Source of the DNA: Candidatus Phycocordibacter aenigmaticus
Lineage (GTDB): Bacteria; Patescibacteriota; Minisyncoccia; Phycocordibacterales; Phycocordibacteraceae
Assembly (NCBI GenBank): GCA_045401115.1
Contig: CP174359.1
Location: 652,667-716,666, forward strand
Length of the DNA: 64,000 nucleotides
Direction: 5' to 3'
Notes under the pieces: generated by a model
What the model saw: the letters and a program-made list of their open reading frames with translations, nothing else
What the model was told of the DNA's origin: nothing
Databases searched by the model: none
Translations under genes and position numbers: made by a program
In this document: piece by piece, positions 58,056 through 64,000 of the stretch
Layout of the letters: each line of letters begins with the position of its first letter
Numbering within the stretch: position 1 is the stretch's first letter

Positions 58056-59057
58056 TTATGGACGATCTTCAATGCCTTCGGTTAAATCAGCTAATCTCAG
58101 ACATCGATCTCTCTCCTGTGGAGATACTAACACGCAAAATTGTTCTGGTTCATCGCGAAGCTCATCTAAAGCATAGAAACTCCATGACGCTCCCGCTAGA
58201 CACGCCACCTCCCCAAGGGAACCAAACGCAGCGCAATGTTCACGTACACGCGGCGCGTTGTATTCAGTACTCGGTGCTAAATTAGATCCAATACCCATAA
58301 AACATCGCTCACGATAGATAGACGACGCAATATCACCACATACAGCTTTTTGTTGCTGAATGTTGTTATTCAACATCCGCAAAAACCACTGACCAAGTTC
58401 AAAATAGCAAGACTCTCGAAAAACCTCATCGACTTCAGTGCAGGGAGTATATGGGTCATTTTTATTAAACTCCCGGGGTTTCGGTATTTCTCCATCAGGA
58501 CCAACAACAAGTGGAGTGTTGTACTCCATAAACACTCCTGAAGTACAGCCTAAAAGTTGGGTGACTTGAGTAGTTTTTGCACATAACTCAAGTGCTTTAG
58601 AGACACTCTCATATCCGACATATTCCATAATACCGTGACCGATACCATGTTGGCACCCGGTACCTAAGACTGAGTACGCATTAACACATTGTGTATCAAG
58701 CTCACTGATTACAGAAACACCTTCTTCACTAATTGCTCGCCCAAAAAACCCATGGAAACAACCGAAACTAAAACTTGCATCACAGTAACGGATACCCGCA
58801 ACACCTTCATGTTCATAAAAAAGCTCTCCGATAATATGTGTTGAAAGATGTCGCCTCTCAAAGGGTGCGACTTGATTCTTCTTTTTAAATTCAGAAAATG
58901 CATCCTGCGCACCTACTTTATTAATGCGTGTATCCCAATACGCACGATTATAGGACTCACTCTCTATTGAATAGATTGGATGTGAGTCAGCGGTTAAAAA
59001 TGTGCCGATAAACATACCGACAATGATAAGTACTCCAAATATTGCAAAACGTCTCAT
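58056..59057 (-). CDS. Paralog family member C1 (signal anchor + Cys/His-rich repeats)
   Basis: 333 aa. FSFGCFHGFF, CQHGIGHGIMEY and GCTSGVFMEYNTPL. Paralogous to 59060..60091. Confidence 0.6.
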   Translation of the reverse strand: MRRFAIFGVLIIVGMFIGTFLTADSHPIYSIESESYNRAYWDTRINKVGAQDAFSEFKKKNQVAPFERRHLSTHIIGELFYEHEGVAGIRYCDASFSFGCFHGFFGRAISEEGVSVISELDTQCVNAYSVLGTGCQHGIGHGIMEYVGYESVSKALELCAKTTQVTQLLGCTSGVFMEYNTPLVVGPDGEIPKPREFNKNDPYTPCTEVDEVFRESCYFELGQWFLRMLNNNIQQQKAVCGDIASSIYRERCFMGIGSNLAPSTEYNAPRVREHCAAFGSLGEVACLAGASWSFYALDELRDEPEQFCVLVSPQERDRCLRLADLTEGIEDRP

Positions 59058-59059
59058 AG

Positions 59060-60091
59060 TTACATAATATCAGCATCTTCAGTTGGACAGGGAGAATAGT
59101 ATTCAGAAATACTCTCACTACATACTAATGCAGCATCTTCATATCCAGCACCATCAAACATAACGCTCCACGCGGCTGACGCGCGACATAAATATCTACC
59201 TTTTTCTGTAGGCATGAGCCCACACCCTTCATTTACTTTATACGGATCAAAATTAACACTTGGAGCCACAACACCACCTAATCCATGGTAACAATTTCGT
59301 ACATAGCTTTCTAAAGGAGACCCGGCACAAAGCGCGCCAATCTTTTCAAAATCATAGTTATATACCTGCCCCCACCACTGTGGTAATTCGTGATAACACG
59401 AATCCCTAAATTCCACCGCAACAGTGTCACATGGCGCATAGGGGTTCTCTGGATTAAGAGGCCGAGGTTCAGTAAAGAAGACTCCTTCGTCAGAATAGCG
59501 TAGCGGTGTGTTGTATTCCATAAACACACCGCCGGTACAACCAGCTATCGGGTTCGGTTGGGTTGTTTTTTTACATAACTCAAGCGCTTTTGCTAATTGT
59601 CCACCACCAAAATATTCCACCAATCCGTGACCAATGCCATGCCGACATGCAGATGGGTCACCATATGTTACTGCGCTACACGCCTCATCTAATTTTGTAA
59701 TACTACTAATTCCTTCAAAAGAAACTGCGTTGGTAAAAAAACCATGATAACAACCAAACGCAAACTGTGGGTCACAATATCGCACTCCTTCTATTCCCTC
59801 CGAAACAAGTAACTCTTCCCCAAAAATATGCGCAGCATTATGTTGTGTTCCAAAATCAGCATGTTGATAATCAGTAACAAAACGAGCATATGCCTTCTGA
59901 GGACCCTGAGTCGAAAGAAGATCTGTTATGCGCGTCCGCACCTGTGCCGGATCTACTCCATATCCTCCTCTATCGGCAACTAATGTGTCTTCTGTATTTG
60001 GTATAGATGGCTTAATAAAGGAATGTATAAAAAACCATAAAAAAATTCCTGCCAGAATCACCACAAATAGAAACAAGGCATTCTTTTTCAT
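59060..60091 (-). CDS. Paralog family member C2 (signal anchor + Cys/His-rich repeats)
   Basis: 343 aa. FAFGCYHGFF, CRHGIGHGLVEY and GCTGGVFMEYNTPL. Confidence 0.6.
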   Translation of the reverse strand: MKKNALFLFVVILAGIFLWFFIHSFIKPSIPNTEDTLVADRGGYGVDPAQVRTRITDLLSTQGPQKAYARFVTDYQHADFGTQHNAAHIFGEELLVSEGIEGVRYCDPQFAFGCYHGFFTNAVSFEGISSITKLDEACSAVTYGDPSACRHGIGHGLVEYFGGGQLAKALELCKKTTQPNPIAGCTGGVFMEYNTPLRYSDEGVFFTEPRPLNPENPYAPCDTVAVEFRDSCYHELPQWWGQVYNYDFEKIGALCAGSPLESYVRNCYHGLGGVVAPSVNFDPYKVNEGCGLMPTEKGRYLCRASAAWSVMFDGAGYEDAALVCSESISEYYSPCPTEDADIM

Positions 60092-60095
60092 ACCT

Positions 60096-61313
60096 TTATG
60101 TATTATTTAAACAGAAATTACGGTGCGGACCTTCCGGAAGGCGGTTACACAAAGGCGCTGCTGATTTAGTGTTGCGCATGAAATAAACAATTGTCTCTGA
60201 AAGGTGTCGGTAGCAGGCATTCCGTTCTCGTTCATCTTCGGCAATAGCGCAAAAAGTAAAAGAGGCATCAGGGTTATTTTCACCTCCCCAAAACAACGAT
60301 CCTAAGGCACTTGCATTACACGCCATTCTACCCGCCTCATTATCGGTAAGCGCACACCACTCCCGTATCCGTTGCAATGACTCTTTCGGAGCAGACCCGA
60401 TGTCGCGTATATCCCTGTCCTGCGCAAGCACGAGAAATTCCTTACCGAACCCTCCGTAACACGCCTCCCATTCAGCTCTGTTCTTTTTTGGTATTTCATC
60501 ACAGTAGGTAAACGCTTTCTCATAGTCTTCAGGTTGCGGGCGGGCGAGATCGGCACCGGCGCTGACAAAAAGGTGTGGAGTAAGATAGGTGTAACAAATC
60601 GGGCGTACAAGTTCAGGCATAAACGATGCGTTGCATGGCGCAAGTGGATCATCCTCTTTAAAATAATTATCTTTCTCTAACTCCCATGCGTTTCGATCAT
60701 GGACACCAGCAAACATTTCCATTGTTGCCCCGCCGACACATTCAACATACTCACGATTTTGGCGCGCTTCACTACCGGTTTGCGCACACATCTCAATTGC
60801 CTGTTCAAAATTATAATTTGCATACGCGAGTATGCCATGTCCAAGTCCGTGAAAACACATTGTATAGGCACCCGAGCCGCCTGGCGCATTACTGCATGCC
60901 TCAGCTATTTCATTGAGCGCCCCCTTCCCTTCTTCAGAAAAAAGTCCGACCACTATTGAGTGTGAACAGGCATTACGAAAATCGGGAGTACAATCATAAA
61001 TACCGTCTATCCCTTTTTGTTTATATAATATGTCACCCACCACATGACCTAACAGGTGAAGATCCGTTCCTGGTGCAATGTCCGCCTGGAGCAGCGCTTG
61101 AAACGCATACGCCCCTCCTTTTTCCTCAGCAAGATTCTCAAAAAAATCAGCGTACTCGTCAAAAGAAAGTGGGTTTCCTTTCAAATCAGCAACTTCACGA
61201 TGCGGCTGTGCGAATGAATCAGTGACTATATAGCCCACACCAACCAACACCATGATGCCCACTACAAATAAAACGGATTTTATTTTCTTCATATGTGTCA
61301 CAATATCAGACAT
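60096..61313 (-). CDS. Paralog family member D (signal anchor + Cys/His-rich repeats)
   Basis: 405 aa. HLLGHVVGDILY, MCFHGLGHGILAY and VECVGGATMEMF. Confidence 0.6.
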   Translation of the reverse strand: MSDIVTHMKKIKSVLFVVGIMVLVGVGYIVTDSFAQPHREVADLKGNPLSFDEYADFFENLAEEKGGAYAFQALLQADIAPGTDLHLLGHVVGDILYKQKGIDGIYDCTPDFRNACSHSIVVGLFSEEGKGALNEIAEACSNAPGGSGAYTMCFHGLGHGILAYANYNFEQAIEMCAQTGSEARQNREYVECVGGATMEMFAGVHDRNAWELEKDNYFKEDDPLAPCNASFMPELVRPICYTYLTPHLFVSAGADLARPQPEDYEKAFTYCDEIPKKNRAEWEACYGGFGKEFLVLAQDRDIRDIGSAPKESLQRIREWCALTDNEAGRMACNASALGSLFWGGENNPDASFTFCAIAEDERERNACYRHLSETIVYFMRNTKSAAPLCNRLPEGPHRNFCLNNT

Positions 61314-61353
61314 AAAACGTACTTAGTATATCAGAATCCTCACCAATACATTC

Positions 61354-62610
61354 TTACAGATCAAAAATAGAGAGGTTAGATCCTTCACCTGCCTGGCAGC
61401 GTTCTTTATATGAGTGCGGCAAGAGTCCACAAAAATGTTCAAAGCGTTCAGTGCCCGGAACCGTACTAAACGATGAATAAAATAACAATTCATCCCAACA
61501 TCGCTTCCCCACACCTGTTTTTTCTGCCCGCTCACAAAATTCAATTGATTGTTCAAGAAAATCATCATCAATCTCTAAAAAACGAGAACTAATATTTGCA
61601 TAACATTGAGCCATACGTTCATCAGAAAGACCTAAACAAATCGCCTCTAGCCTGTCTTGGTTAAATTCAAAATGTGCCGTGAGTACATAAAAGATAGTAT
61701 TATAACAACCTTGAATCCCACGTTCTGTAGTGTATACACCACAGAACCGATCCATTCCTTTTATGGTTTTTATATCTTCCAAAAAAAGTGGCCAGGATTC
61801 ACTATTACATGATTCTCTTGGAATACGATCAAATTGTGCACAAAAATCACGCGCTTCCGTTTGTGTTCGCGGTGCTCGATCAGCAATAAGCGCGATGTCT
61901 TCAGGTTCAAGTGGTTGGAAAATTTGCATAAAAACCCCATCGTAACAATTACGCACAAACTCATATGGTTCACTCCGTGTGACCACCGAGTCACATAAAT
62001 TTACTGAAGCTTTAGCGTCTGCATCGTGAATATACATCGTAAGATGTCCAATCGCATGGTAACAACTGGTTCGCTCAAGCTCAGTAAATGTTCGAGTTGC
62101 AGTATCTTCACAAATAGTTTTTAATTTTGGTTTTAACACACCTAACTCTTCTGAAGAAACATTTTCATCTCGAAACCTTTCCTGAAATGCACCGTGTAAG
62201 CAGCCATTTGAACATTGGCCGACCGGGCATCGTGCTACCACATCAGTCCATTGCGAAAGGTCTTTTGCAGCTTCTTTAGCGGAAAGATTGTGTCCTAACA
62301 CGTGACAATAGTAATAACGTGGATCCTCTTTTTGTATAAGCGCAGTTACCTCAAACGCCTCTTCCATTGAAATGCCTCGTTGTAATAATTTTGGCACTTC
62401 TTCATCATAACAAGTCGGGGCGTAGTTACTTTCGGCACACACTTTTAGAATTTCTTTAGCATATCCCTCAACCCCACCACTTCCGTCACTTTGTATAATA
62501 GAAGCGACCAAAGTGACCGCACTGTAGCTCAGAAAAAATACTAAGAATAGAAAAGCACCAAGTACAAATCTTTTTCTAATATCAGACTGATTATTGTTCT
62601 TTTGCATCAT
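61354..62610 (-). CDS. Paralog family member B2 (signal anchor + Cys/His-rich repeats)
   Basis: 418 aa. YCHVLGHNLSAKEAAKDL, CSNGCLHGAFQERF and CYHAIGHLTMYI. Clear paralog of B1. Confidence 0.6.
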   Translation of the reverse strand: MMQKNNNQSDIRKRFVLGAFLFLVFFLSYSAVTLVASIIQSDGSGGVEGYAKEILKVCAESNYAPTCYDEEVPKLLQRGISMEEAFEVTALIQKEDPRYYYCHVLGHNLSAKEAAKDLSQWTDVVARCPVGQCSNGCLHGAFQERFRDENVSSEELGVLKPKLKTICEDTATRTFTELERTSCYHAIGHLTMYIHDADAKASVNLCDSVVTRSEPYEFVRNCYDGVFMQIFQPLEPEDIALIADRAPRTQTEARDFCAQFDRIPRESCNSESWPLFLEDIKTIKGMDRFCGVYTTERGIQGCYNTIFYVLTAHFEFNQDRLEAICLGLSDERMAQCYANISSRFLEIDDDFLEQSIEFCERAEKTGVGKRCWDELLFYSSFSTVPGTERFEHFCGLLPHSYKERCQAGEGSNLSIFDL

Positions 62611-64000
62611 TCAAACATTCTTCTTTATACTTATCAGGCATGGTAGCGCATAATGCTGTTTGTGTCTTTTCAGTCGAATAAAGTTCGGCAATACGATTAA
62701 TATATCTCTCAAAACATATTGCGGACGATTCCTCTGTACCTAAATCTACACAAAAACTACTTACTTTAATAGATGGCTCAACACCCCAATAATCAAACGC
62801 TGCATCAAAAGCACCTATAATACATGATTTGTAATACGCACGAGGCATGAGCGAACAGGTGCGTTCTACTTCTTGAGCATTACGTAACGTATTACTACTG
62901 GTATCACGACCTATGCTGTTAAAACACGCATCAACAAAACCTTCTTCCGCTCCCAGACATACATCAATTACTTCCTGGTAATCACGGGTAACTACCGCAA
63001 ACATCCAAGAAGTCTGCATTTGATAACACTTCCGTTTAGCAGTATGATCCTCAACCGTGTCACAAGGATAATAAAGATTATCAGTACTAACCCAATTCGT
63101 ATAATGCCCATTAATGCCGGCGGAAAAACCTAATGCTGTGGTTACATTTTCCATAAATACCCCACCATAACAAAAATCTGTTTTTTCTTTTTCAGAAAAC
63201 GAACGGCACGCTGAAAGAGCTTTTGGTAAATCATAATCAAGAAATGCCATAAGTCCGTGTCCCGCGCCATGGAAACACTGATTACGTTCAAATGGAACTT
63301 TAAGAGAAGTACATAAAGCATTGAGTTCTTCTTTAAAACTTCCGGAACCCACTTCCCAAAAAAACGCTTCAATGAAGCCGTGGTAAAAACCGGAATGACA
63401 CGCTGAACTGCCATCTTTAAGAATTTCCTTTCCGAATACATCATATGCTGCTCGCCCAACATAGTGAGCCGCACTATGGCAACTAAAATTTGAACCTTCT
63501 CCACTTTCTTCTGAAATTTTTTCTATCGTACGACGTGGACCAATCTGAAACACTACACGACGGATCTCAATATCATCGGGTGCATAATGGTATACCCTTT
63601 CTGCTTCATAATTTTTATCTGAAAAAAGATCTTCTTTGTCTAAGACAGTACCAAGCAACAACCCCTCGGAACCGCTTCTAATAGATGCGAGGCCTGGGAT
63701 GGTATTTGATTCTGTACGTATGATAGCGTGTAAAAAATATCGTACTGCTTTCGTTATATGATATATCACCGAACCAACATACTCACTATTGGGGTTCACT
63801 ACTACAGTGCCTGAAGATTGTAACGAGAGATGATCATGAAAATTCCAAAAGCCGGGTTCTCGGAACGTAAACGTATATTTACCGTTGGGAGGTATCGGTT
63901 CGCACGCGTCAAATACGTATTCTTCAATAAGAGAGCCGCAACGACGTATATCTGAACCAGGATATGCAGCGTGTGTGGGGTGGAAATTTGAAGCAGGCCA
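62591..64000 (-). CDS. Paralog family member A5 (partial; the N-terminal cupredoxin-like domain continues past the window end)
   Basis: The frame continues upstream of the listed GTG start. Translation of 63800..64000 gives WPASNFHPTHAAYPGSD...KYTFTFREPGFWNFHDHLS, followed by CHSAAHYVGRAAY, CHSGFYHGFIEAFF and CFHGAGHGLMAF. Confidence 0.6.
   Translation of the reverse strand, partial: WPASNFHPTHAAYPGSDIRRCGSLIEEYVFDACEPIPPNGKYTFTFREPGFWNFHDHLSLQSSGTVVVNPNSEYVGSVIYHITKAVRYFLHAIIRTESNTIPGLASIRSGSEGLLLGTVLDKEDLFSDKNYEAERVYHYAPDDIEIRRVVFQIGPRRTIEKISEESGEGSNFSCHSAAHYVGRAAYDVFGKEILKDGSSACHSGFYHGFIEAFFWEVGSGSFKEELNALCTSLKVPFERNQCFHGAGHGLMAFLDYDLPKALSACRSFSEKEKTDFCYGGVFMENVTTALGFSAGINGHYTNWVSTDNLYYPCDTVEDHTAKRKCYQMQTSWMFAVVTRDYQEVIDVCLGAEEGFVDACFNSIGRDTSSNTLRNAQEVERTCSLMPRAYYKSCIIGAFDAAFDYWGVEPSIKVSSFCVDLGTEESSAICFERYINRIAELYSTEKTQTALCATMPDKYKEECLNDAKEQ

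Noticed and set aside
61323-61571. 82-aa ORF between two paralog-family genes
   Set aside because: It overlaps the N-terminus of the 61354..62610 gene in another frame and has no features.
1-64000. Possible alternative genetic code (UGA recoding), considered because of the CPR-like gene content
   Set aside because: Very long ORFs (rpoB 1115 aa, dnaE 1021 aa, surface protein 1137 aa) are intact under the standard code and end at conventional stops, so there is no sign of stop-codon reassignment.

Overview
This 64-kb chromosomal window comes from a small-genome bacterium that uses the standard genetic code, since long intact ORFs such as rpoB, dnaE and a 1137-aa surface protein are uninterrupted. 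Several traits are reminiscent of CPR/Patescibacteria-like lineages: charged tails on S16, L32 and GyrB, no rimM between rpsP and trmD, a short SMC without a canonical hinge, and many lineage-specific secreted proteins. Most of the window is housekeeping operons, mainly on the minus strand. In coordinate order: rpoC (partial), rpoB, trmD, a KH-domain protein, rpsP, rnr, gdh, a short SMC, a type IV pilin, rnc, a NusB-Nudix fusion, rpmF and rnhB. Next come dnaE, a T-box leader and thrS, gyrB, a single-chain pheS, tRNA-Thr, tsf, rpsB, prfA, rpmE, a lytic transglycosylase, rplY, an ABC exporter, split transketolase, rpe, rpiB and gap. Accessory parts are: (i) a sortase gene overlapping a giant Ig-like-repeat surface protein that carries an exact 516-bp internal tandem duplication and a poly-Gly tract; (ii) a processive GT2 polysaccharide synthase and a PEGA-domain protein flanking three tandem 79-bp units, each with a conserved core and a different perfect hairpin closed by the same ATTA loop; (iii) a divergent pair encoding an FAD-linked oxidase and an alternative-oxidase (AOX/PTOX)-like di-iron protein; (iv) a conserved palindromic terminator-like element family present three times; and (v) the most striking feature, from about 49.9 kb to beyond the window end, a same-strand tandem array of at least 11 paralogous genes. 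These encode membrane-anchored, extracytoplasmic Cys/His-rich helical-repeat proteins. Five of them (one only partly inside the window) carry an N-terminal cupredoxin-like domain whose expected Cys ligand is replaced by an HDH motif, and the array also includes a free-standing copy of that domain and a neighbouring YcnI/CopC-like protein. I could not assign this family to any known one; a novel extracytoplasmic metal-binding or redox system is my guess and remains untested.
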